A stretch of DNA of 64,000 nt from a virus (Duplodnaviria > Caudoviricetes), in IMG/VR virus record IMGVR_UViG_3300031760_000033, positions 1 through 64,000 of that record; one strand, 5' to 3'. Numbering within the stretch: position 1 is the stretch's first letter; the number at the start of each line of letters is the position of its first letter. Shown here piece after piece: positions 46,073 through 55,533 of the stretch. The notes below the pieces were generated by a model that worked only from the letters and a program-made list of their open reading frames with translations, did no database searches and was not told the DNA's origin. Made by a program: the position numbers and the translations under genes.

Positions 46073-46401
46073 AGGTCAAGTTTTTGTTGGTTAATTGGGT
46101 CTTTCTTTTTGTATTTCTTCCGCTCAGTCTTCATATAGGGACACAGGGTGCCGTGGAAGATGAAGTTGTTGCACACGTCTATCGTTTCCTGTTTGATGGG
46201 GTCGTTGCAGAACATCCGGGTCATAATATCCCGCAAGATGGAGCACTTGTTAGGCATATTCTGCTCATCAGCGTTGGTGTACTTGTCTCGCTTCTCGTCA
46301 TAGTTGCTGTTCTTAATACACCTGTCGCAGTTGTAATGCTCCCATATCCGGTGTTCTTCTCCGTTACTGAACGGGTCTCGGTTTACTTTCTTTAGTTTCA
46401 T
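46069..46401 (-). CDS. Small Cys-rich protein
   Basis: FSNGEE..NCDRC..C..C. Confidence 0.55.
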   Translation of the reverse strand: MKLKKVNRDPFSNGEEHRIWEHYNCDRCIKNSNYDEKRDKYTNADEQNMPNKCSILRDIMTRMFCNDPIKQETIDVCNNFIFHGTLCPYMKTERKKYKKKDPINQQKLDL

Positions 46402-46412
46402 ATCGTGTCGAA

Positions 46413-48557
46413 TTAGAATGGGGCGTCAGGGTTAGGGTCATGCTTAAATTGCTCTTCGTATGGGTCGGTCAGACCTTGGTTGTCGAAATTGGTATTCGGC
46501 ATGATGGGTGCCGGCGGTGCATCCGGGAGTTTGTGATACTCCTCAATGCCTTCTTCCCAATCGTAGTGCATATTCTCGGCACGGCTGTTTTTGAAGCGTT
46601 TTGTCTCAGGTTCGTAGTATAGGCCGACAATGAAGTTTTCGACTCCATAGTCTCGGTTCTTGGCTACCTCTATGATGTTGTTGTAGCCCTCGAAGATAAT
46701 CCTTGATGTCTTGTCTTTGCCCCAGAACTCCGTGGCCCTCTTCTCAAAGTCATCATTGATTCTGTGCAGCAGCAGGAGGTTCCAGCAGATGTTTGTCAGG
46801 TCCGACGTGCCGCTGATACTCTCTTTACGGAGTAACTGGAAGTTTGCCTCCTTACGAGGGTGTGCGATAATCAGAATATGCACATGGTACTTCTTGGCAA
46901 TCTCATCGAGCTTCAACATCAAAGCCTTCTGCTTTTCGTTCATGGTGCCGACGAGGTAGTCAAGCGACAGAGCCATCAGGTTATCAAGTACAATGAATTT
47001 GAGTTTGTACTTGACGATAGCCTCTTCGACGTCTGCAAGTATCTGTTCACAGTTGTTTCCGTAGTTGTTGTTGTAGATGATGAGGCGCTCGTCTAGCCAA
47101 TTCTCAATTTTTGGAATTACGCTGTCTATAGCTTCGTAGGCGTTGTCCCGGCCCTCGACCTTGACGACGTTGTTCTTGCCGGCAGCGGTCTGGCAGAGCC
47201 ATGCCTTGATACGCTTGGCAGGAAGCTCACCGCTCCAGAGTGCCGACGGGATGTCTCGCTGGACGGCATTTAGGAGGAGCTGGTTCAGGATTGCCGTCTT
47301 ACCGCTGGCGTTGATGCCAGAGAGAACGGTTGTCTGTTCCTCGAACAGGCCGCCTATAGCTTTATCTAGAGCGTAGATGCCGGTCTTGATGGAAAAGCGG
47401 TCGCTATCCCTGACAATCTTGATGTCGCGGGCCGTGAGCCATTTCTTACCAAGCTCATCGGTCTCGGCCTTAATCTCCACTGGCTCTGGAGCCGGGCGGT
47501 ACTTTTCATAGTATCGCTGCTTGTACTTGAACTCGTTGTAGTCTTTCTTGTCGTAGGCGTCAGGTTCAAAGTGTAGTCTAAATTCTTTCCAGTGATATTG
47601 TTCGCAATGAGCATGGAAGCACTTAAATTCGATGGCCCCATTGTCATACTGAAAAACCATACTATCGGGGTCTGCATGGTCGGCACCGCCAAAGGGACAT
47701 TCTTTGAGGATGTATCTGGTGCCGGATGATGTTCTGACGGTCCTGTATTCAATGCCATGCTTTGCAAAGAATCCAAGCAAGTCGAATTGTTCACCTCCAT
47801 ACTTGTTTTCCCGTGTAGGTTTGGGAGGTTCCTCCTGAAACAGGGCTGCGACTTTCTCTATATAAATTTTGTCAGTTATCTGAATGGAATCAGGTACTTT
47901 GATGATTTTTGCCATTCTCCACGGACGTTCCGCTGTATTGGCACCCTTTTTGGCATACGTTCCGTAGAGCTTGCAGATTCTCGATGCGTTATCGACTGAT
48001 GTGTCAACATGAACAGAGTCGGTGCTGAACATCATGTCAAGAGCTTTTATAAACCTGTCAACAAGTTTCTCTGACTCCTCATCGTTTTTCAACGCAATCG
48101 GGATTGTAACGTGATAGCCGTTTCCAGAGCGACTAACTATTGGCTCGTAGAACCCCTGCTGAATGAGATAGTCATAGACTCTTCTTGCGACAATGTGTGC
48201 ATCTTTCAGCTGGGCCTCCGTACTACCGGTCCCCGGAACCCTCTCAGGGTCGAAATCGAGAAGGATGAAATCTCTTCCGATGATGTTGTTGTCTTTTGTG
48301 GTTTCTTTCGGGAACTTAATCAAGCGCTCATGCTGCGTTCTATCATAACATTCAGGCGTGATAGAGTTTAGCATGAAGTAGAATTGCAGGGAATCGTTGT
48401 TCGACAGTGGCTCAATATCGCGAATGATGTTGTTTACGTCGCGGTAATATCCACTGTATGTTTCTTTGTTTTTCCCAAGAACACGAATCTCGCATAGCTT
48501 TTGACCGCCATTTTGGAATATCTCCCACCACTTGTATATTTGTTCTCTGTCTATCAT
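46413..48557 (-). CDS. Primase-polymerase (AEP-like) / DnaB-like helicase fusion
   Basis: LLDFD and SRSGNGYH primase motifs; CPF..H..CFHAHC zinc site; SGINASGKT, VLDNLM, IAHPRK helicase motifs. Confidence 0.85.
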   Translation of the reverse strand: MIDREQIYKWWEIFQNGGQKLCEIRVLGKNKETYSGYYRDVNNIIRDIEPLSNNDSLQFYFMLNSITPECYDRTQHERLIKFPKETTKDNNIIGRDFILLDFDPERVPGTGSTEAQLKDAHIVARRVYDYLIQQGFYEPIVSRSGNGYHVTIPIALKNDEESEKLVDRFIKALDMMFSTDSVHVDTSVDNASRICKLYGTYAKKGANTAERPWRMAKIIKVPDSIQITDKIYIEKVAALFQEEPPKPTRENKYGGEQFDLLGFFAKHGIEYRTVRTSSGTRYILKECPFGGADHADPDSMVFQYDNGAIEFKCFHAHCEQYHWKEFRLHFEPDAYDKKDYNEFKYKQRYYEKYRPAPEPVEIKAETDELGKKWLTARDIKIVRDSDRFSIKTGIYALDKAIGGLFEEQTTVLSGINASGKTAILNQLLLNAVQRDIPSALWSGELPAKRIKAWLCQTAAGKNNVVKVEGRDNAYEAIDSVIPKIENWLDERLIIYNNNYGNNCEQILADVEEAIVKYKLKFIVLDNLMALSLDYLVGTMNEKQKALMLKLDEIAKKYHVHILIIAHPRKEANFQLLRKESISGTSDLTNICWNLLLLHRINDDFEKRATEFWGKDKTSRIIFEGYNNIIEVAKNRDYGVENFIVGLYYEPETKRFKNSRAENMHYDWEEGIEEYHKLPDAPPAPIMPNTNFDNQGLTDPYEEQFKHDPNPDAPF

Positions 48558-48560
48558 GGC

Positions 48561-49352
48561 TTATTGATATTTAATGCCGGCAGGAGAGTAAGACTCATTC
48601 TGTGTGGGTGAGAATAAATCCTGTTGTCCTTTGGCAGGTATGTTTTTGAAGAAATCAGGTTCGACTCCACCCCAGCTTCTTTCAACGGCAGTACGGATAA
48701 TTTCGTTGGCAGATAAGTTGTGGGTGGATGATATAGTCTCAATATTTTTCTTTGTGTGATTGAATGCAGTTTGGGTTTGAGAAAGTTTTTTGTTCTTCCG
48801 GACCATAATCCAATCATTAGCTACTTGCTCATCCACCCCCAAGGCAATAAGCTCGTTTTTGAACGAAAACTTTTTTTGAGATACGTCAGTATCTCTTTTT
48901 TCTACTTCTTTACTTCTTTGCTTATTATATTCTTTGTTTGGGTCAGCCGAGGGGTCAGCAGAGTGGTCAGAGTTGGGGTCATTATAGTGGTCAGTATTGG
49001 GGTCAGCGTTAAGGTCATCTATTGGTTGATATTTGTCATAATTACAGATTGTTATTATATTGTATTTGGGGTATGCGGTTTGAGTAATCATATCGTCCAT
49101 TTCAAGTAGCCTGAGAAAATTACGGACGGTATGGGTGCATACACCCCATTTATCCATAAGGTATTTGTTTGAAGCGAGAAGTTGGCCTCTTTTTATCACA
49201 ACAATCGTGCTACCAACAAGCACTTTTTTTTCTTCCCAATTAGCCATGAGCAGCAACCCAAGCCACCATTTCAGCTTTACTGGGTCTTCCCATATCCAGT
49301 GGCTCTCTATACCTCGATGGAGTCTCATCCATCCTCGTGGTGAATCATACAT
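48561..49352 (-). CDS. Replication initiator (lambda O / DnaD-like)
   Basis: GWMRLHRGI..W..LLLMAN..KRGQLLAS..L..KWG N-terminal domain; internal iterons. Confidence 0.8.
   Translation of the reverse strand: MYDSPRGWMRLHRGIESHWIWEDPVKLKWWLGLLLMANWEEKKVLVGSTIVVIKRGQLLASNKYLMDKWGVCTHTVRNFLRLLEMDDMITQTAYPKYNIITICNYDKYQPIDDLNADPNTDHYNDPNSDHSADPSADPNKEYNKQRSKEVEKRDTDVSQKKFSFKNELIALGVDEQVANDWIMVRKNKKLSQTQTAFNHTKKNIETISSTHNLSANEIIRTAVERSWGGVEPDFFKNIPAKGQQDLFSPTQNESYSPAGIKYQ
48941..49017. repeat. Iteron-like array, probable replication origin
   Basis: GGTCA at 48941, 48953, 48965, 48977, 48989, 49001, 49013 (exact 12-bp period), next to an AT-rich strand-biased tract. Confidence 0.75.
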
Positions 49353-49359
49353 GGCTTAA

Positions 49360-49959
49360 TTATTTTGAATGAAATTTACGATGGCAGTCATGGCACAAGA
49401 CAATCAAATCTTCCAGATGGGCCTTCTCGTTCCCTATATGCTCGTAGGAGTTATGATGTACTTCTAAGTTTGTTTTTGAGCCACATAATTGGCATTTACC
49501 TACATTAGATAGCATAATAGCTCGAATCTGCTTCCATCTTGGTGATTGAAGATATGCTTGATAATTATCCTTCACTCCTCCTGCATCATCAATAATATGG
49601 TTTGCAACACGAAATATCGTCACAGCATTATCTATGGCAAGGTAATCAGATTTTGATAACTCATAAAAATCAATCGCGGCATTGTAGTACCTATGATTCT
49701 CTTTGAGATTTTTGAGACCTTCCCAAAAACAATCGAACAAGAAATCAGAATTATTATATCTAATTTCTTCAAATTCAGCTTTTACAAACTCTTCTATAGG
49801 TATGACGTTCAACCATAACGAAGATGGGTCGCCCCCATCGTCGCTTTCAACAAAAAACCAAAGGTCTCTTTCTTTCTTGAAACATAATGATATGTTTCGA
49901 TAGTCACTATGATAGTATTTGTAAAAGTGACCAATCTGAGGTTGTTCTAGTGTTTGCAT
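49360..49959 (-). CDS. HNH endonuclease
   Basis: CQLCG..LEVHH..Y..GNE..EDLIVLCHDCHRKFH. Confidence 0.85.
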   Translation of the reverse strand: MQTLEQPQIGHFYKYYHSDYRNISLCFKKERDLWFFVESDDGGDPSSLWLNVIPIEEFVKAEFEEIRYNNSDFLFDCFWEGLKNLKENHRYYNAAIDFYELSKSDYLAIDNAVTIFRVANHIIDDAGGVKDNYQAYLQSPRWKQIRAIMLSNVGKCQLCGSKTNLEVHHNSYEHIGNEKAHLEDLIVLCHDCHRKFHSK

Positions 49960-50133
49960 AGCAGACTCCTTTCAAAAGAATATCGCCCATCATACTCTCG
50001 GCTTCCACTCCGATTTCTGATAGGCGATAATTCCTATACTTCTCGTTGATAACTAACGGCTAAAGTGGAAGACACCGCAGTTAAATTTATTTTCATTGTA
50101 CCTACATAACGCATGGTTTCATGGTTTATTGTG

Positions 50134-50340
50134 TCAGGATGAAAAATTTTCTACTTTTTCTCCAATCACCACCCGGACATAACCAAGCTCCATGTTCTCG
50201 CAGTGTTCGTAGGTCTTGATGTCTTTCAGACCCAATGCGAGTGCTTCGAGGTATGCCATGTAGTGAGCACAATCGTCCTTTGTTTCGCAATTTTTGCCGG
50301 TGCAGTGGCCGTATTTGTGGTTGAATCGTTCTGATGCCAT
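50134..50340 (-). CDS. Small Cys/His-rich protein
   Basis: HCTGKNCETKDDCAHY. Confidence 0.5.
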   Translation of the reverse strand: MASERFNHKYGHCTGKNCETKDDCAHYMAYLEALALGLKDIKTYEHCENMELGYVRVVIGEKVENFSS

Positions 50341-50385
50341 AGCTGTATAATTTTGAGTGAAACGAGTTGCAAAAATACGAATAAA

Positions 50386-50565
50386 TCAGGACTTATCAGA
50401 ATTTTTTTGATGCAGCCTATCGTACCTCTTCATACGTCGGCAGTTACCGTTGCACCCGGCGTTGATGTGGCAGTTACCGGACCACCCGGAGCGGGCGTAG
50501 CAGGTGCCTTCCATACCGTAATGCTTGCACTTTGTCTTGTATAATTCTCTATCGTTGTCTGGCAT
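50386..50565 (-). CDS. Small Cys-rich protein
   Basis: KCKHY..C..C..GCNGNCRRM. Confidence 0.5.
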   Translation of the reverse strand: MPDNDRELYKTKCKHYGMEGTCYARSGWSGNCHINAGCNGNCRRMKRYDRLHQKNSDKS

Positions 50566-50566
50566 A

Positions 50567-51142
50567 TCAGTATTTCTTGTTACCGTGCTTGTACTCACGG
50601 AGTTCGTTGTACTTCATTTTGAGTTCGATGTGCTTGTAGATGTCAATTTTCAGATAGTCGGACCAGTCGAGCATGAACTGAATTGACTTCTTTATGTCGT
50701 ATGGGGACTGGCCCAACTGATGCCGGATGAGAATCCAAGCGTTCTCAATGAACGACTGGTCCCGTTTGAAATAAACACCTCCAAAGCAGTTCAGTGAGCC
50801 AAAGTTCATAGATTCTCCGTACAGCTCATACGCCATGTCGAGCAGACGGATGATGACATCTGCAAACTCATCCTCGATGGAGTTCTTAACGAACAGCTCG
50901 AAGCAGAATTTCCAGTGGTCTTTCTTGCGGTTGATAGGTTGCGGTGTCTGGCTCTCTTTCTCGAACATAGGCATATTGGCCCGTTTGCCCTTGCGGTCGG
51001 CTTCCACAGCTTCCGCAACCTCTGTCATAACGAGGCCCAGCCAATGCTCAGGTGAATGTTTTTCTTCGTGCCATCCGTGTATGGTGGCAACTTTGTGGAT
51101 GTGGTGCATCCATTCTTCAATTTGTTTCTGGTCTATGTACAT
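50567..51142 (-). CDS. MazG-like nucleotide pyrophosphohydrolase
   Basis: LVMTEVAEAVEADRK, EDEFADVIIRLLD, KMKYNELREYKHG. Confidence 0.85.
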   Translation of the reverse strand: MYIDQKQIEEWMHHIHKVATIHGWHEEKHSPEHWLGLVMTEVAEAVEADRKGKRANMPMFEKESQTPQPINRKKDHWKFCFELFVKNSIEDEFADVIIRLLDMAYELYGESMNFGSLNCFGGVYFKRDQSFIENAWILIRHQLGQSPYDIKKSIQFMLDWSDYLKIDIYKHIELKMKYNELREYKHGNKKY

Positions 51143-51735
51143 TACTTTAGGAATTTGAATGAATAACAGAATACCCACTGATTTGCTTCCCAAGTGCCTT
51201 TCCCGGACACTTTATCAATAAGGTGTGAGAAAGCCTCTCTAGCGGTATCGTAGTGCCTCAGGGCGGGGTAGAATGTATATGCGTAGCACAGGTCAAGTTT
51301 TGCATCAAGCACCTCCTCGCCATATATACCCTCTTTCAAGGCATCCTCTTCTGAAATTTCGTGCAGACGTTCAATTTTGACGTCAGTAATCCTGACAAAG
51401 TGCTGCATATACTCCGGGCAGATGAACATGGAGTTATCCCACCCGCCAAGTTCTATTGCAGGATACCAGCCTTTCTTTCTTTTGCCGTTGATAACTTTGC
51501 TGCCTTGTAGTAGTACGTCAGGTTCAAAGATGTTTTTGTACGGCTCCGCAACAGCCACAACATCGTCAATCTTGTATGGGGCGCAGAGGTTGGCCACCTC
51601 GGTATAGCCTTTCATATATGCGGCAATATCGTCGGGAGTCATGCGGTCTCCGACGAGCCGTCGGGTCATCGTCTTTTTCCCTTCGACGACCGCAGTCCTG
51701 AGCTTGTAGTGCTCATTGAAAAGAAAACTATTCAT
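51142..51735 (-). CDS. ASCH/PUA-like domain protein
   Basis: AVVEGKKTMTRR..PYKIDDVVAVAE..ITDVKIERL..W..N.WV. Confidence 0.7.
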   Translation of the reverse strand: MNSFLFNEHYKLRTAVVEGKKTMTRRLVGDRMTPDDIAAYMKGYTEVANLCAPYKIDDVVAVAEPYKNIFEPDVLLQGSKVINGKRKKGWYPAIELGGWDNSMFICPEYMQHFVRITDVKIERLHEISEEDALKEGIYGEEVLDAKLDLCYAYTFYPALRHYDTAREAFSHLIDKVSGKGTWEANQWVFCYSFKFLK

Positions 51736-51763
51736 GGTTCAATGTTATGTGATTATAACTAAT

Positions 51764-51961
51764 TTATATCAAGTTGACGATGCTGTGGACTGGCAATCCA
51801 TCCCCTTTTGAATTTATGAGTGTTTTGTTTTCACCCAATATACGCCAACTATCTTGCTGATATTTACGCATTGCTCTACGATGTAGTATTTTCTCCAAGC
51901 GTTCGGCTTTTCTGATTCCAACATAACGACGTCTGATTGGAAGTAGGATATTTTCGCTCAT
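51764..51961 (-). CDS. Hypothetical protein
   Basis: 65-aa ORF. Confidence 0.4.
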   Translation of the reverse strand: MSENILLPIRRRYVGIRKAERLEKILHRRAMRKYQQDSWRILGENKTLINSKGDGLPVHSIVNLI

Positions 51962-51965
51962 GTTT

Positions 51966-52211
51966 TTAGCATTTTGTCATTCCAACAAATTCGTATTTTG
52001 GGTACGGGTTGTCGCCGGCGAATTGGAAGCCATAGCATCGGTCTTCCCAATCGGAAGCTACCTGTATGCCGAACAGCCCGGAACCACCGGTCTCTTTATA
52101 GTCCTGATTGAGAATTTTGATGATTTCGTCCATCTTCGTGAACGTATCAGGGAACAGCGTTTTGTATTGTTCAAAACACTGGTCAAACTCTTTATAGTTA
52201 AGTATTTTCAT
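51966..52211 (-). CDS. Hypothetical protein
   Basis: 81 aa, ATGA overlap with upstream gene. Confidence 0.5.
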   Translation of the reverse strand: MKILNYKEFDQCFEQYKTLFPDTFTKMDEIIKILNQDYKETGGSGLFGIQVASDWEDRCYGFQFAGDNPYPKYEFVGMTKC

Positions 52212-54106
52212 TGTATGTATTTCCTTTCAAAATCTTCTTTTGGTAGAATTTCAAATACTTGATTTTGTTTCGATGATATAACAATGACTGCCTCTTCCGC
52301 AACCTTGTACTTCTTAAACAGTCTTCTTGTACAATATCCGCAAAAGGGAAACGAGACCGCAAAGTTATTTGGGTTTCTTTGAGAAGCATAGTCTCGTTCC
52401 AGCGCTGTAAATTCAGGTTTTACATTATCGAGTATGCTGTTGCCTGAATATGGTATGTATTGGTGGCTTAAATAATCCCTAAACAGGGGAGGTAGTTCAT
52501 TGCGTTTAATATTCAAGATGGTTGCTATTTCCGTATAACGCAAAAAAGAGAAAGATTTGAATTGCTCCTTTTTTACCTTGAACCCGTCTTTATTTGCGCA
52601 ATACACATAATGGTCGATACATCCCGGAATCAGATTATATCTGTCTTTTCCAGTTACAACAAAGTTGTTTTTGTATCTATAAGAGGGTGTTGCAGACCAG
52701 CCACAACCATATAAGAAAGGATGGTCTCTATCATGTAGATATACTTTATCTCCAGCAAACAAGAATGGCTCCAGAGATTTGATTTTATCCTTAAACATAT
52801 CGAGAAGCAAGTCCCTCTGTTTTGCGTATTCGTAGTAATATTCAGAGTCGAATTTTACTTCGTACTTATTCCCCCACCTATTGCGAATATGCTGTTCAGC
52901 GACTTGTTTGTGAGCTAGATATTGAGTGTTTTTCTCAAACTCTTCGACAGTCATAAGTGTTGATGACACACCCATCTGTTCAAGAAGTTGCTTATTTTGT
53001 ACCACAACCGCGCTTGTGTCCTCTTCAAAAATCTCTTTAACAAGTTCGTTTAACTTGTCTATGTTGGTTTTAGAGAAATGAGAGTCATCCGACATGTTGA
53101 CGTTTCCATCAGTCAGTTGCAATAGACTTGCATTGGCACCCAAGACCTGTTTGACATTATACCCGTTGACAATTTTCTCAATAGTATAGCCAATTATGTA
53201 GTATAGTGTGTTGCAGAGGTACTCATCAATGGGGAAAGTCCAAATTTCGTCGCAATTTGGGTTGGCTAATGTTTTTGCTTTTTCTCTATTCTCAATTACC
53301 TTGTCGATAAGTATATACGGTAGGAAATCGAGTTTATTTTCTCTGTCTTCCGAGAATCTTCTTCCTCCGTTTCTAAGCCTGTTTATCTGGTCTGGATTCT
53401 GATAGATGAACTTATCGGTAAGTACATATACGTTACCGTTTAACGAGAATGTGATGACGAAGTATGATAGGTCGATTTTTTTCTCAATAAACAGACCAAC
53501 AGTAATTGACCAAGCATCATTTGACACTCTTCCGGATATTAGTTTCTCTAAGTTGTTGGATGCGATAATATTTTTGGCCAGCTCAAACTTTGTTGTTTCC
53601 GGGAGTCCATTGCCGGTTTTATACCTGTACAGATGGAAATATTTACTGTCGATACTGTTTTTAATTGCAAGAATGTCCTGAGCATTTAGCGTTATATTGT
53701 CGTCTATCGGTATATTGGAGAGTGATAGATTCTCTTTCTCTTTATTGTTGAAAATCTTTATGTACTCATCGCAAATATCAATATAGTTACATGCTTCATC
53801 CAAGAAGTTGGCATACTTCCGGATTTCTGACGTATTTTTACCAATATCGTATGTGTCAATGAGAGCATAGACGCATTTACGCAATGTTACGAAGGCTGCA
53901 TCAAGCTCTCCTGATAGATATAGTTTTATGGTTGATTCAAGCTCTTTAACGACCTCGTATCTTGCTAATTTACCAGAAAAATGGAAAGAGTCTGCCTCTA
54001 CCATTTCGGCGATACTTTTTATATCGTTATCAGATGTTTTCCCCAACCAGATAAGCATTTGCTCTATGCAGTCTTTTTTCTGTTCAAAGCTAGTTCCTAC
54101 ATTCAT
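52208..54106 (-). CDS. Large hypothetical protein (AT-rich)
   Basis: 632-aa ORF coupled to both neighbours; no motif recognised. Confidence 0.75.
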   Translation of the reverse strand: MNVGTSFEQKKDCIEQMLIWLGKTSDNDIKSIAEMVEADSFHFSGKLARYEVVKELESTIKLYLSGELDAAFVTLRKCVYALIDTYDIGKNTSEIRKYANFLDEACNYIDICDEYIKIFNNKEKENLSLSNIPIDDNITLNAQDILAIKNSIDSKYFHLYRYKTGNGLPETTKFELAKNIIASNNLEKLISGRVSNDAWSITVGLFIEKKIDLSYFVITFSLNGNVYVLTDKFIYQNPDQINRLRNGGRRFSEDRENKLDFLPYILIDKVIENREKAKTLANPNCDEIWTFPIDEYLCNTLYYIIGYTIEKIVNGYNVKQVLGANASLLQLTDGNVNMSDDSHFSKTNIDKLNELVKEIFEEDTSAVVVQNKQLLEQMGVSSTLMTVEEFEKNTQYLAHKQVAEQHIRNRWGNKYEVKFDSEYYYEYAKQRDLLLDMFKDKIKSLEPFLFAGDKVYLHDRDHPFLYGCGWSATPSYRYKNNFVVTGKDRYNLIPGCIDHYVYCANKDGFKVKKEQFKSFSFLRYTEIATILNIKRNELPPLFRDYLSHQYIPYSGNSILDNVKPEFTALERDYASQRNPNNFAVSFPFCGYCTRRLFKKYKVAEEAVIVISSKQNQVFEILPKEDFERKYIQ

Positions 54107-54696
54107 GCTATTTCGAGTTTTGAGGTTAGCGTTTCGATTTCTTCATCCAGCTCGGCATTACGCTTCTGGAGAAAGTTGTTTTGGTCCACTGTGGGCCAGT
54201 ACCGCATGGATAGCAGCCGGCCCACAGTAACCACTTCTTCGAGGAAAAGTTTACGACCACCGGTGTACGACCAGCCACCACCCTGATGTTGATAGTCGAG
54301 GTTGCACTCCTCATCGTACCAGATGATAGCAGGGCGCTGGCTGTGTGTATGATATAGTTCCCGGAGCTTCTCTATATTCTCCTCCTCGGACATCACCTCC
54401 AGAGCCTTGTCTTTGATGGTCAGCGGCAGACAGAAGAAGAAGCGGTACACACGGTCATCCCGGTGGAACACATCTTTCTTGAAGTCGGCCCTGAGGTCCT
54501 GCAAAGACCTCTTGATTTCGACCTCTGTGAGATAATGGCTCTTATTGATGCACACAAAGTCTGCCTCGTGGTTCAGGAGGCCCCAAGACAGGTTCGGTAT
54601 CATAATGTCCTGCCTGATGTTGAACAGCGGACAGCGGAGGGCGAGAGCGGATTGTATCTCTGCCACGGTTACTTTTGTGTCTAAACTTTTTCCCAT
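54103..54696 (-). CDS. PD-(D/E)XK nuclease-like protein (MmcB-like)
   Basis: EADFVCI..LTEVEIKRSLQDLRADFKK. Confidence 0.7.
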   Translation of the reverse strand: MGKSLDTKVTVAEIQSALALRCPLFNIRQDIMIPNLSWGLLNHEADFVCINKSHYLTEVEIKRSLQDLRADFKKDVFHRDDRVYRFFFCLPLTIKDKALEVMSEEENIEKLRELYHTHSQRPAIIWYDEECNLDYQHQGGGWSYTGGRKLFLEEVVTVGRLLSMRYWPTVDQNNFLQKRNAELDEEIETLTSKLEIA

Positions 54697-54700
54697 AACT

Positions 54701-55090
54701 TTATTCGTCGTAGATGTTGCCGATAACAACACAGTGAACATCCCACACCTTGAAGAGAGCAACCTCTATCTGGCCATTGTAGGCGGCGAAACAAGCCTTC
54801 TCCTTGTTGTATCGGACGATGTAGTTGATTCCGTTTTTGTCGTTGATGACGTCGCCGGTGAACACCATAGTGTCGTTCTCATCTTTGAGTCCGGTGTAGG
54901 CTCCTACGGTGTCATCTATGACGGCTGATTTACCTATAAGGGCAAACCAACCGCCATTTGTGATTGGGGAGTCAACAATCCAGCTCTTGTGCGGTTTGTG
55001 TCCTCTCCACGACCGATGACTCTCGACAAGGTAGCCATAGACCCATTCTTGGTCTTTGCACCTTTTGCCGCGAAAGAGATTGTTAATCAT
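54701..55090 (-). CDS. YopX-family protein (second copy)
   Basis: LFRGKR..WVYG..GAYTGLKDEN..FTGDVI..VIGNIYD. Confidence 0.85.
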   Translation of the reverse strand: MINNLFRGKRCKDQEWVYGYLVESHRSWRGHKPHKSWIVDSPITNGGWFALIGKSAVIDDTVGAYTGLKDENDTMVFTGDVINDKNGINYIVRYNKEKACFAAYNGQIEVALFKVWDVHCVVIGNIYDE

Positions 55091-55484
55091 GGCTGCCTAC
55101 ACCTTCTGCGATATGCCCCATTTCGTTCTCTTCATTGGCGGCGGCAGAACTGGCTGGCTGGCCGGTGTCTGGTCCCTTCTTCTCCGGCTCAGGACTATCC
55201 TTATCATCTTTACCCAAGTGTAAGCCGGCGAAGAGTGCGGCGCCGACAGCGATAGGCAAGACCCGTTCCGACAGACCATCGAGACGTTTCTCACGCTCGT
55301 CCAGCTCTTTCTCTTTTCGGAGGATGCTCTGCCAGCACAGCATCATGGCTGCGAGGATGAGAATGAAGAGGCCGTTGCTGATGACATCGACCCACTGGTT
55401 CATGGCGATAAAGGCGCCGATGGTAACGAGGCTGATTGCGAGAACAATCAGACAGAAGATGTTGTTGAACTTGTAATTTTTCAT
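55083..55484 (-). CDS. Membrane protein
   Basis: Two N-terminal TM helices plus coiled coil. Confidence 0.6.
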   Translation of the reverse strand: MKNYKFNNIFCLIVLAISLVTIGAFIAMNQWVDVISNGLFILILAAMMLCWQSILRKEKELDEREKRLDGLSERVLPIAVGAALFAGLHLGKDDKDSPEPEKKGPDTGQPASSAAANEENEMGHIAEGVGSHD

Positions 55485-55533
55485 TTTTTTGAATGTTTGA
55501 TTGTTAATGAATTGATTTTATATTCTACATAGG

